Below, piece by piece: positions 8,976-18,179 of a stretch of 29,864 nt of DNA. Numbering within the stretch: position 1 is the stretch's first letter; each line of letters starts with the position of its first letter. Source of the stretch: a virus (lineage: Duplodnaviria > Caudoviricetes); IMG/VR virus record IMGVR_UViG_3300043568_000735, positions 1 to 29,864 of that record. One strand, 5' to 3'. A model generated the notes under the pieces. It did not search any database. It was not told the origin of the DNA and worked only from the letters and a program-made list of their open reading frames with translations. The translations under genes were made by a program, and so were the position numbers.

Positions 8976-8983
8976 TATATATC
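8976..8983 (-). promoter_or_regulatory. Putative late-type promoter GATATATA
   Basis: 21 nt upstream of the tape measure ATG. Confidence 0.6.
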
Positions 8984-8990
8984 ATGTCAT

Positions 8991-9260
8991 CTATAACTTA
9001 AAGTTTGGCATAGACGGCATGTTAAAGTTTGGCATAGACGGCATCTTAGGCAAAGCTTTGCCTGCATTTGTCATCATTGAGTTTGCGGATAAATCCTGTG
9101 AGTCCTCTTCTTTCTTACGTCTGCCTTCTTCCTCTTCATTGAAGTTTTTCAAATTCTCCATAAGGATTTCAGCTCGGTAAAATTCCAGCCTATCTAATTC
9201 AGAAGGCTGGAGTTTTAATACTTTTAATAAGATGAACTCAGCCTCAAACCAATTCGTCAA
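8991..9260 (-). CDS. Small baseplate-hub/tail assembly chaperone-like protein (gp51-like or lambda T-like); TTG start, possibly frameshift-fused
   Basis: NWFEAEFILLKVLKLQPSELDRLEFYRAEILMENL resembles the short helical chaperones found before tape measure genes; overlaps the upstream gene by 17 nt. Confidence 0.55.
   Translation of the reverse strand: MTNWFEAEFILLKVLKLQPSELDRLEFYRAEILMENLKNFNEEEEGRRKKEEDSQDLSANSMMTNAGKALPKMPSMPNFNMPSMPNFKL
8998..9044. repeat. Tandem duplication, 23-bp identical units with period 24
   Basis: TTAAAGTTTGGCATAGACGGCAT at 8998-9020 and 9022-9044; encodes MPSMPNF twice. Confidence 0.95.
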
Positions 9261-10203
9261 AGATATCTGAAATAAGGAAAATAGATTTGATTCCTCCCTG
9301 AAAGTTTAAGGGCGCTTTCCCTTCCCCTCCGCCGGACGTCTGATATCTGATACCAGGATTGATTGAATCTGATAGCATTTCTACAAGTTTGTCCATTACG
9401 GAAATTTTTTGTAAACTCCAAGTAAAAGATTCTTGTACCGCTCTATCATATGAAGTCTGGTTTAAAACTTTCCAATCACTAAAAGAGAACGGAGCATACT
9501 TGATGAATGTTTTATCAAATGTTTGTCCTGCTTGTTGTTTTTGTTTTATGAAGTTTTTAATGAATGACATAATACCAAGAGAAGGTAAAAAGATTTTAAA
9601 GTTTTCACCGTTTTTCATTTGAATGTTAAAAGATTGATCTTCAGCATTGTAATACTTCATGATTCTTTCATCAGGATTAAAATAATCCAATGAATCTTTA
9701 GTTACTTCAATTTTTTGGTCTGCTCCATCTTCGTCAGATACGCTTACAAATAAACGGTTCTCACCATTTTTAAATGTATAATCACGTACTGCAAAGATTA
9801 AGTAAAAACGGTCAATTTCTAAAAGGTCTTTATACGTACCAGGTTTTCCAGGTACTTTAATTCTAACACATTTTTCCATGATAAAGTTAAGCATATCATC
9901 TACACCTAACAAGTCATTATCATCGATAGTTGACCAGTGACGGATTTCTGAAACTGTAGCAGCTCTTAAAGCAACTTGTGTTCCAGCTCTGTAAAACATT
10001 CCTTGTGAAGGTAGTGATTCCATTGGCATATTCTTCCAACCAATTTCTGCAGCTAATACTTCATCTTCTTCATATTCTACAAATTTTTGTGCTTTGCCAA
10101 TAGCAGTTGGTTTAATTTCTTCGGCAATAGCTTCTTCTTGTTGAACTAAAAGAGCCGCTTCCTTTTCAAGTAGATCTTTTACGTTTCCTAATTCTTCTGA
10201 CAT
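9244..10203 (-). CDS. Baseplate hub / tail assembly protein (gp26-like)
   Basis: Lies between tube and tape measure; LPSQGMFY...LRAATVSE...DLLEIDRFYLIFAVRDYT pattern matches T4-like hub/chaperone proteins. Confidence 0.6.
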   Translation of the reverse strand: MSEELGNVKDLLEKEAALLVQQEEAIAEEIKPTAIGKAQKFVEYEEDEVLAAEIGWKNMPMESLPSQGMFYRAGTQVALRAATVSEIRHWSTIDDNDLLGVDDMLNFIMEKCVRIKVPGKPGTYKDLLEIDRFYLIFAVRDYTFKNGENRLFVSVSDEDGADQKIEVTKDSLDYFNPDERIMKYYNAEDQSFNIQMKNGENFKIFLPSLGIMSFIKNFIKQKQQAGQTFDKTFIKYAPFSFSDWKVLNQTSYDRAVQESFTWSLQKISVMDKLVEMLSDSINPGIRYQTSGGGEGKAPLNFQGGIKSIFLISDIFDELV

Positions 10204-10229
10204 ATATTATATATTATTTAGATTTAGTT

Positions 10230-10255
10230 TATATATAACAGGCATGTAATGGTTC
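10230..10255 (-). promoter_or_regulatory. Putative phage-sigma promoter GAAC-N16-TATATA
   Basis: Minus strand AAGAAC-CATTACATGCCTGTTA-TATATAAA, just downstream of the tube terminator. Confidence 0.6.
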
Positions 10256-10269
10256 TTAAATTTAGGCAC

Positions 10270-10298
10270 AAAAAAGAGGGATCTTGCGAACCCTCTTT
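10270..10298 (-). terminator. Intrinsic terminator after the sheath-tube operon
   Basis: AAAGAGGGTTC-GCAA-GATCCCTCTTT followed by TTT; GNRA tetraloop. Confidence 0.8.
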
Positions 10299-10316
10299 AT
10301 ATTAAGTTTAAATTTC

Positions 10317-10874
10317 TTAAAGAATTGTTTCTTCCCAGTAATCTGCAGTAAGAGAGAATCCTGTGATTTTGTAAATTGTATTATCTGTGAAGTCAGATCC
10401 CATTGCAGGAAGCGGACTAGAAGGGAATACCACAGGACATTTAACTTGACGGTAGATGTCTCCCGCTTTGTTAAAATAATTGATGATCATTGGACCACCT
10501 GTGTAATCTTTCTTAAGCCCCATCTTACCAGTTAGTGGATCGTATATAAGGTCACACCATTTACGAAGTGCTTTATATACGTAAGCTGAGTTGCTGTCAT
10601 CTAAGTTAACCTCAAAATCTAATTTAATATCCAAAACCGCCTCAGTAACCATACCACCAGCAAAAGTTCTAGTTGCTGATTTATATGTTTGCTTTACTTG
10701 TTCTGGTAATCTGTTAGTTTCAATTCCTTCAACTTTTGTACAGTTTTCCATTACCAGTGTCCAACCAGTAACGGCTGCAGGCGGAGTTAGTAGAATCTCG
10801 AACTGTGCGTTGTACAACGGTTCGAATTTTTGCATTGCCGCCTGGGAGTTTCTATAATGTGGAAGTCCTGCCAT
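10317..10874 (-). CDS. gp19: Tail tube protein (gp19-like)
   Basis: 185 aa directly after the sheath; W.DLIYDPLTGKMGLKKDY...YFNKAGDIYR...FP pattern of T4-like tube proteins. Confidence 0.82.
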   Translation of the reverse strand: MAGLPHYRNSQAAMQKFEPLYNAQFEILLTPPAAVTGWTLVMENCTKVEGIETNRLPEQVKQTYKSATRTFAGGMVTEAVLDIKLDFEVNLDDSNSAYVYKALRKWCDLIYDPLTGKMGLKKDYTGGPMIINYFNKAGDIYRQVKCPVVFPSSPLPAMGSDFTDNTIYKITGFSLTADYWEETIL

Positions 10875-10915
10875 TTTTATCTTTTATTTATTTTTGCTAA
10901 TTCTATTATTAATCC

Positions 10916-13900
10916 TTAAGCTGCTGTAAACCCTCCAGAAGAGATTGTTCCAGTTTTAAGTATTGTCATACGGTTAATAAATTTCTGGATTCCACGAGCA
11001 GGCTCGATTGCAACATCGATTATACCGAAGTTTTGGTCGATAATTGCTGGTGTATTATTCGTATCATCCATGATAACAGCGTAATTGTATACACCTCCAG
11101 CATTTCTTACAGTGTCAAGATAAGTTTCTACGATAGAACGAATTTCTAAACGTGTTGAAGCATCATTAAACTCAAATAAGTATTGTTGTAAGATTTCTTC
11201 AATCGCTTCTTCAATCGTAATAAGTAAATCTCTAACGTGTAAGTTATTAAATGCAGATAGCGTACGTTGGTAAGCTGTTTGGTTTGCGAATATCATCGGA
11301 CCAACATTTTTAACTGTTACGATTGGGTTAACACCTATCGGTTCAAGATTCTCTCTATCAGAAAGTAAGTAATCATATTCCATTCTAACGAATTTCGGAT
11401 TAGAGATTACACCACGGCGTGGACCAGCAACGATTGCAAATGGTTCGCCATTAATGAATTTTCTTACGAAATTGTTCGATACGTCTGCAGATGGTGGGAT
11501 GCTGACTTCTTTATTGTTCTCACGAATAATAACGTTAGGTGAGAATACACCAATGAATTTAGCTCCTTGACCTTCGTCAGGTAATCCCCAAATATACGAT
11601 GGTCCTAATGAAAGGTTACCACCGGCAGCAATGTATGCAGTGTTAAGAACTGGTAACGGATTTCCAGCAGCCGGGTCAGGCAATTCTGTAAATCTTGGGT
11701 CAGTACTATTTTGGAACTGAGCACATGATGGTGCATTAAGAAGAGCTAAACATTTTTGACGATTCATAGCTAATCTACTTAATATTTGTTTTGGACCCAT
11801 GTTAGGCTCAAGACCACCGTTAAATGTATCAACGATATAACGGAAAGCAATTACATCTTTATCTGCAAGTGTTACTGCAAGATTTGTATTCTCAAGAACT
11901 CCGTATATTTTTTCTAATTGAGCAGGAGTACCAGGTAAGTGGTAATCAGTCAATGTAAATCCTGAAAGTTTTGTAAATTGGAAACGATCACAGAATTTTT
12001 GGATTGGTGCAAACTTAGTAATTTTTGATGTACCTGATGTAATATCAACAAGAGGAGTATCAAGAACTGTATATTCAAAGAATGGTAATCCAGTAGCTGG
12101 GTCAAGTTTCTTAACCTTAGCAGTTACTCTGATAAGAATAGGATTAGCAACATTGTTGTTTACAACGTAATCACCAATTTCTAAGCTAGCAGCGTTTGTT
12201 GGAGTTAATTTGAATTTTTTGCCACCACCGTAAAGTCCTGGTGCTTCAATTGCAATTTGTTCACTAAGGTTTTTCGCAAGAGACGAATAGATTGCTACGT
12301 CGTTAGTTGTTGCAAGCCCATCAGTATAAATTGTAGAACCATCGTATGTAAGGTTAACATCAGCAAATGTATTATCAGCTTTATTTAATAATGTGTTAGC
12401 TGTAAATTGATCAACTTTTGCTCCAGATAATCCGTATGCAATTTTTGTATAAGCATCTTTATCAGCGTTCCATGTATTTGTTACGTTCAAGTAATTGTAT
12501 TGAGAAGACCCTGAACCATATTTAATACGGTCACCGTCAATCACAAGGCTACCTGCAATGTTACGAGCAAGTTTATTACCTGGGTAAGCTTCATAAGTAG
12601 CAAGCGATGCAATGGAATTTCCTGTAGTAGGAGCAATTCCATTATATGTAGCAGTTGGAACGTTTGATGATGTATCATCTACAGTAACGTAGAATTGTTC
12701 ACCTCCTGGTAATGTAACTCTAACAAGATCACCAACAGTTTGAAGATCAAATGGATTTTCATTAGCTGTTGCAGTACCTACAATACGAACAGATTTGAAA
12801 TCGCCAGAAGTGTTATCAATATCGTATGCAGCTAATACACCAATTTCATCAACAATATGCCAATCATCAGAACCTGAGTTAATAGGTAAGTTTGTAGTTA
12901 CGTTAAAAAGAGTTACGTTATTTTTATTGTCTTTAGTTTCAGTTTGACCTAAACCTACGATTTTTGAATAAACAGTATTTACAGAAGCAATGTAACCAAA
13001 GTCATCATTACCATTAATATCAAGGTCAGGTATTAAGTTTATAGCAGCAGCCTCATTTGTGTCAAAGAATGTTACTTTAATATCACTAGGTTGTAAGTAA
13101 GATGCAAATTCATCAAAAGGGAATCCTGCAGTACAGTATTTGCTTTGGTAGAATGGTGCACCGTTAGTTAATCCAGTTGTTTTAACCACGACAGTCATGA
13201 TTGTACCTAATTGAGATACAGAGTCAACTTCAAAATACTTAGCATAGCCTGGAGCTTGTACTAACATAAGATCACCATCAGAAACAGATGGTCCTACAGT
13301 AACACCAGTAATTGTAACTGTTCCGTTTGTAGCAGGAGCACCACCTAAATTTGCAAGTGGTAATGTTAATACTTCACCATTCACATAAGATTCACCGCCT
13401 TGTACGATTGTTACCGCAGGAACTCCAGCAGCGTTATAGTTTACATTAAATATTGCGCTATAACCAGAACCGCCAGTTGCAACAATGTTTGAATATGGAA
13501 CTGGTGTTAAAGTTGCAGGTGAGAACGTAATATCGTTAACTCCTGATACACCACCGATTAAAGCACCATCAATAGTTAATACGTCAGTTAATTGGTATTT
13601 AATACCTGAAGCAACTTTTGTAATTGTAGTTACGTTTATTGAACTTACTTGTACGGTAAATGTTGCATTCTCAACTCCAGTTTTAACGTTTCCTGTTGAA
13701 GTAGTAGCAAGAGTAGAGTATGTAGCACCAGTAATAGTTGAAACGTCGATTGTTACGTTACCTGCAGACGAACCTCCAAGAAGAGCGCCATCAATAGTAA
13801 TCGTATCACCAATATCATAACCAGTACCACCCACATTAACTGTTACACCACCAATTGCTTGAACATTACCAGCACCTGTGATAATTACATTTACAGTTAA

Positions 13901-15601
13901 ACCAGTACCGCCACCCGTTGTTGCAACACCAGTAAATGTTGTAGAAGGTGTATAAGTACCACCAGCTTGTCCTAATGAAGCATCGTTAAATCCTGAAGCA
14001 GGGCGCCCAGGCGATACGTGAGTTATAGAACCTGCCGTAGCAATTGGTTGTCCAAATGGAGTTGTTTGTGTTAATGCACTAACAGATAAAATTCCATCAC
14101 CAGTATTTCCAGGCTCTATTACTGCAAAAGTATTTGCTAAAGTTGGAACAGTAGCAGCAACAGTTTTTAGTATGTAATTTGATTCTGGACCATCAGCTAA
14201 AAGAACACCTGAATTTTCATAAGCAGTATCAACGTGAAGTGGAGTACTTAATTGTAATTCAAGTGACGAACCTGTGTCAACGATGTTATCAATTTTAACA
14301 AAATCATTAGGTAAAGAACTATCATTAATAGTATCAGTACCAAAAGTTTTAATTAATGAATTAGGAGTAAGCGCAGCTGATAAAGCATCATATTGTGCAA
14401 CTGTAAAAGTTGTATCAGATGGGTAAGGCTTAGGAATAACTAATACGTTATTAAATAAACCTTTGTTTCCGCCAAATGGGTATGACTTAACATATACAAT
14501 TGGAGATAATGAAACATCAGTTACTTGTAAAGTTGGGTCAAACGCACCAGCAGATGTATTCTTTAAACCTGTAAAAGTTAAAAGAGTTTTAATTGGTGTA
14601 TTATATGATAAGAAATCAATTACATCATCAGTTGTGTTGATTAAGCTGTTTCCAACCATGTCAACTTTATATAATGAATTATCATAATCATCAAAAGCTT
14701 GTTTATTCAAGTTACAGAATACACCTGTTAATGCAACTGCTGAATTAAGGATAACATCAATAGATTGGTTAGAACCGTTGTTATCAATAAAGTCAGGTAT
14801 GATAGTTCCTGTAAAAGAACCAGTCATTGTTACACCATCAAGGCTTAAGAACTCAAAGAAGTTGCTTGTTTTAATACCTCTTAAGTCAAAGTATTTAGAA
14901 TACGTTGGGTCTTGAGAAAGTAATTGAAGATTTGTCCAATCACCTTTTACTACATAAACGTCAACGAAATAATCTGAAAGATAATCGTTTGGTTGGATGT
15001 ATGGTGGAACGTTTCCTCTTCCGTAGTAATCATCAGCTGTTATATTGTATAACGATGCATTGTCTGATTTACGAACGATGATTGATTGTACTTCTTGTCC
15101 AAGATTAACGAAGTTAAACAAACGGCCACGGTTGGCAGGCTTGCTGTCTACTGTTGCTTGTAAGTATGCTTCATCTGGGAACCAGAAGCGTTCTTTGTTG
15201 TAAAAAGATGAAAGAAGCGCTCTTGTTAAGTTACCGTTTGATTCGTTTGCTGCAATAGCAAAAGAACGATAGTCAACAGCGTCTCCACCTTCGTTTACCG
15301 GGATGTTATTCAACGGTAGAAGATTTAATCCGAATACCGGTGCTGTCTGTAAACAAGTTTCGATTGCTCTATGGAAAAAAGAACCTCTTTTCTCAAGGAA
15401 GGAGTCAACTTCACCAAATACTTTACGAGATGTTGCTACATCACGCAAAAATACTGGAGCGTTAAACGGTCCTTTACGAGAGAAACCTACTACAAGACGG
15501 ATAGTCTGTGTAGTCACAACGATTCTTTCTGATGCGTCAAACTCTATTGTGTAGACACCAGATGCCTTAAATCTATTAAGATCAAGTGTGATTTTGGCCA
15601 T
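10916..15601 (-). CDS. gp18: Contractile tail sheath protein (gp18-like) with large central insertion, 1561 aa
   Basis: N-terminal SGVYTIEFD...VGFSRKGPFNAPV; C-terminal AGPRRGVI, VNPIV, NNLHVRDLL, YLFEFNDASTR, VIMDDTNNTPAIID sheath motifs. Confidence 0.93.
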   Translation of the reverse strand: MAKITLDLNRFKASGVYTIEFDASERIVVTTQTIRLVVGFSRKGPFNAPVFLRDVATSRKVFGEVDSFLEKRGSFFHRAIETCLQTAPVFGLNLLPLNNIPVNEGGDAVDYRSFAIAANESNGNLTRALLSSFYNKERFWFPDEAYLQATVDSKPANRGRLFNFVNLGQEVQSIIVRKSDNASLYNITADDYYGRGNVPPYIQPNDYLSDYFVDVYVVKGDWTNLQLLSQDPTYSKYFDLRGIKTSNFFEFLSLDGVTMTGSFTGTIIPDFIDNNGSNQSIDVILNSAVALTGVFCNLNKQAFDDYDNSLYKVDMVGNSLINTTDDVIDFLSYNTPIKTLLTFTGLKNTSAGAFDPTLQVTDVSLSPIVYVKSYPFGGNKGLFNNVLVIPKPYPSDTTFTVAQYDALSAALTPNSLIKTFGTDTINDSSLPNDFVKIDNIVDTGSSLELQLSTPLHVDTAYENSGVLLADGPESNYILKTVAATVPTLANTFAVIEPGNTGDGILSVSALTQTTPFGQPIATAGSITHVSPGRPASGFNDASLGQAGGTYTPSTTFTGVATTGGGTGLTVNVIITGAGNVQAIGGVTVNVGGTGYDIGDTITIDGALLGGSSAGNVTIDVSTITGATYSTLATTSTGNVKTGVENATFTVQVSSINVTTITKVASGIKYQLTDVLTIDGALIGGVSGVNDITFSPATLTPVPYSNIVATGGSGYSAIFNVNYNAAGVPAVTIVQGGESYVNGEVLTLPLANLGGAPATNGTVTITGVTVGPSVSDGDLMLVQAPGYAKYFEVDSVSQLGTIMTVVVKTTGLTNGAPFYQSKYCTAGFPFDEFASYLQPSDIKVTFFDTNEAAAINLIPDLDINGNDDFGYIASVNTVYSKIVGLGQTETKDNKNNVTLFNVTTNLPINSGSDDWHIVDEIGVLAAYDIDNTSGDFKSVRIVGTATANENPFDLQTVGDLVRVTLPGGEQFYVTVDDTSSNVPTATYNGIAPTTGNSIASLATYEAYPGNKLARNIAGSLVIDGDRIKYGSGSSQYNYLNVTNTWNADKDAYTKIAYGLSGAKVDQFTANTLLNKADNTFADVNLTYDGSTIYTDGLATTNDVAIYSSLAKNLSEQIAIEAPGLYGGGKKFKLTPTNAASLEIGDYVVNNNVANPILIRVTAKVKKLDPATGLPFFEYTVLDTPLVDITSGTSKITKFAPIQKFCDRFQFTKLSGFTLTDYHLPGTPAQLEKIYGVLENTNLAVTLADKDVIAFRYIVDTFNGGLEPNMGPKQILSRLAMNRQKCLALLNAPSCAQFQNSTDPRFTELPDPAAGNPLPVLNTAYIAAGGNLSLGPSYIWGLPDEGQGAKFIGVFSPNVIIRENNKEVSIPPSADVSNNFVRKFINGEPFAIVAGPRRGVISNPKFVRMEYDYLLSDRENLEPIGVNPIVTVKNVGPMIFANQTAYQRTLSAFNNLHVRDLLITIEEAIEEILQQYLFEFNDASTRLEIRSIVETYLDTVRNAGGVYNYAVIMDDTNNTPAIIDQNFGIIDVAIEPARGIQKFINRMTILKTGTISSGGFTAA

Positions 15602-15651
15602 TCTGCTTATTAGTTATTTTTCTTTGATTGTGTTTATTATTCAATCCGTAG

Positions 15652-15659
15652 TATATATC
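15652..15659 (-). promoter_or_regulatory. Putative late-type promoter GATATATA
   Basis: Intergenic, 50 nt upstream of the sheath ATG. Confidence 0.6.
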
Positions 15660-15688
15660 TTAGTAAAACTATCAATTTTTATAAGATA

Positions 15689-17512
15689 TTACCTCATTCT
15701 GTAGTTATGCGACATTGCGTCTTTTGGTAAAACATACGGTGTTGGAGATTCAAAAGACTTAATTGTTTTAAATGCGGATAAGAAATCATCTTCACCTCTA
15801 TCACTTTGAGACATTACCTTCTCTACAGCTAGTTTATATATTTCCGATGTATTATCATATTTATCCTCAACCATTTCAAAATAATCCGTTGTGTCAAACA
15901 GCGATACAAGATTAACGCAAGTCATTGCTATATCATCATTTGCAAGCTGAGATTCATATCTACCTGATGAAGAAATACCAAATGAACTTAATTCATCAAA
16001 GGTCCTCTTTTCATTTACTGTAATTTTCTTAGCTTTTACTAAGTTACGCAATTCACGGCAAAAGGTTTCACGATTATCTTTTTGCATTTTAACACCCATC
16101 TTTAAATTTGGATTTGCCATTGAATGTCTTGTGTATAAAAATATCTCAGGGAAGAACTCTGGATTTTTAGATAATTTCTCAAAGATAATGTTTCCTTTGA
16201 AGTTAATCTCTAAAACTATTTTACAATTTTCAGGTTCAAATAATTCAAACACTAATAATTCTAAAACTTTTGCGAGTTCCTCTACGGATTGCATATTAGA
16301 ACGGAACACTCCTACTTGATTAAGTCTGAAGAAACTTGTTTCGTCTTCCCAGTCTCTAGTCTTTCTAACTGCAGCAACAGATTGCGGTACCACATTAAAA
16401 ATGTTAATTACTGAATAATCACGACCTACACCATCACCTACGTCAACCGCAAACACATATTTGTCTTTACCATTCCAAGCATCGCCCGGGTCAAACGTTG
16501 GTAGCCATCTTAAGTTATTATTATAGTCAGGATAATCTAAGAATGGGTCAGTTTCTTTACAAACAAATTCTTTAGCAACTCTTTTCATTAACATTAATGT
16601 ATGACTATCAAAAAGAAGTCTTGATGATGCTAAGAATTGATTACCATATTCCTGATTAAACAATTCTTCAGAACCAAGGTTACCAATTTCTCGAGCTTTC
16701 CAAACTTCATCACGTCCAGGTACTTGCCACCAATCAACTCGTATTGGAAAGTAACTATTCTTATGTTCAATAGCGCCCTGATAAATTTCATAAAATAAGT
16801 TCATACCATTTGGTGTAGAACATATAATGATTCTTGAAATCTGTGAAGATGCAAGTGTAGGGTAAATAGAACGATAAAATGGCAATAAGAAGTTTGAGTG
16901 AATGTGCGCAAACTCATCGGCAAATAATAAGTGGATGGTAAATCCAATAGCCGCTGTTTTTGTTGTTGCTTGTGAGAATAGACGGCAACCATTATCAAAC
17001 CTCATACCTGTTACACCGCCTGCAGTAATTCCGGGTTTCATAAAGAATGGTAAATTCTTAAGAACAGTTTTAATCTTATCAACAATTTCAGAAGTAGTAG
17101 CTAATTTATTTGCAACTACCATGATATTTCTATCAGAGTGAAAACATAAATACCAAGCAATGAAAATTGATGACGTTACAGTTTTACCAATCTGACGAGA
17201 TGCAAGCATTACGACAAAACGATTGTCTTGGAATGCTGCAAGCATATCTTCTTGATACGGTCTTAACGCAATTTGACGAATACCTTCATCCGTCATAGAG
17301 TAACAGTACTTGTTACCAAAGTAAACTACGTCATTAGCACATCTTGCTAATTCTTCAAGTTCCTCTCTTGTATATTCATATACAAGTTCAGGTGCTTTCA
17401 TATCAATCTTACCGTCAAAGAATGGAGAATAATCCGCAGTTAATCCGCGTTCAATTCTATCAACCTCATCGGCAATTTTCTTGCTATTCCAAATCTTACC
17501 TCTATTCGACAT
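15689..17512 (-). CDS. terL: Terminase large subunit (gp17-like)
   Basis: LRPYQ adenine-binding motif, Walker A ASRQIGKT, Walker B LLFADEFAH, coupling motif STPNG, nuclease VDVGDGVGRDYS and NDDIAM. Confidence 0.96.
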   Translation of the reverse strand: MSNRGKIWNSKKIADEVDRIERGLTADYSPFFDGKIDMKAPELVYEYTREELEELARCANDVVYFGNKYCYSMTDEGIRQIALRPYQEDMLAAFQDNRFVVMLASRQIGKTVTSSIFIAWYLCFHSDRNIMVVANKLATTSEIVDKIKTVLKNLPFFMKPGITAGGVTGMRFDNGCRLFSQATTKTAAIGFTIHLLFADEFAHIHSNFLLPFYRSIYPTLASSQISRIIICSTPNGMNLFYEIYQGAIEHKNSYFPIRVDWWQVPGRDEVWKAREIGNLGSEELFNQEYGNQFLASSRLLFDSHTLMLMKRVAKEFVCKETDPFLDYPDYNNNLRWLPTFDPGDAWNGKDKYVFAVDVGDGVGRDYSVINIFNVVPQSVAAVRKTRDWEDETSFFRLNQVGVFRSNMQSVEELAKVLELLVFELFEPENCKIVLEINFKGNIIFEKLSKNPEFFPEIFLYTRHSMANPNLKMGVKMQKDNRETFCRELRNLVKAKKITVNEKRTFDELSSFGISSSGRYESQLANDDIAMTCVNLVSLFDTTDYFEMVEDKYDNTSEIYKLAVEKVMSQSDRGEDDFLSAFKTIKSFESPTPYVLPKDAMSHNYRMR

Positions 17513-18179
17513 TTGTTATGTTGTTGTCATTTGGTGTTGATCCTGCTCTACGCTCAGGTATTGCATCACGTAAAGTTTCAATAAGAGCTTTACCACCTCT
17601 CATTTGATAAGTTCCTGGTGTAGTTTCAATTTCAGCATCTTGGTCAATTAATAGCGGTTCATCGCTCATCTTAACTCGGTAATCTTCTTTAAGATTTTTA
17701 TAATTGTTTTCCATGATTACCATAAATTGTGCAAGGTGTTTTACAATTTCCATTTTAGATCTTTGCAGTGAAGCAAGAACCTCAAATGTACGTGGGTGTA
17801 AATTACCTCCATCAATTTCTTCAAGAAGTTTAATGATTGCGTGTTCTGCGGTTTTCATTTGGAAAAGCAAATTAGAAACTGTAATTTTATCAACTACACT
17901 TTTTTGCTTTACATACGGAATGCTAGAAATGATTTCAGGGTTTAAGTAAAACTCTGCAATAGAATTAACAATCGTTTCGGAATTACTATCAGAATATGTT
18001 TTTACCCTTTCATAATCCATGAAGTTTCCTTCACGGGCGGGTAACATACTTTTAGCGTCTTCAATACTTAATTGAATATCTTCAATTCCGGTAGATAACA
18101 TTTTTTCCAGTTCATCGCGAATTTCCATTTCTCGCTTTTTGTCTTCTGGTATTTTTCTCATATTACTTAGTTTTGCCAA
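17502..18179 (-). CDS. Probable terminase small subunit (gp16-like)
   Basis: Overlaps the terL start; helical core with HPRTFEVLASL resembling the HPRAYEV motif of T4-like gp16. Confidence 0.65.
   Translation of the reverse strand: MAKLSNMRKIPEDKKREMEIRDELEKMLSTGIEDIQLSIEDAKSMLPAREGNFMDYERVKTYSDSNSETIVNSIAEFYLNPEIISSIPYVKQKSVVDKITVSNLLFQMKTAEHAIIKLLEEIDGGNLHPRTFEVLASLQRSKMEIVKHLAQFMVIMENNYKNLKEDYRVKMSDEPLLIDQDAEIETTPGTYQMRGGKALIETLRDAIPERRAGSTPNDNNITNVE

Noticed and set aside
8998-9044. Direct repeat as a CRISPR or att site
   Set aside because: Only two units separated by 1 nt, in-frame coding duplication, no spacers or integrase.
8005-9180. 391-aa plus-strand ORF
   Set aside because: Antisense shadow of the tape measure gene; its Ala/Ile/Asn/Pro composition mirrors the opposite-strand codons, with no recognisable motifs.
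15689-17512. Intein or intron in terL
   Set aside because: 607 aa with ATPase and nuclease motifs in normal order; no splice-junction or homing-endonuclease motifs seen.
10916-17512. Bacterial tailocin or contractile injection system
   Set aside because: Terminase, clamp loader, RNase H and a phage-style promoter cascade indicate a replicating phage.
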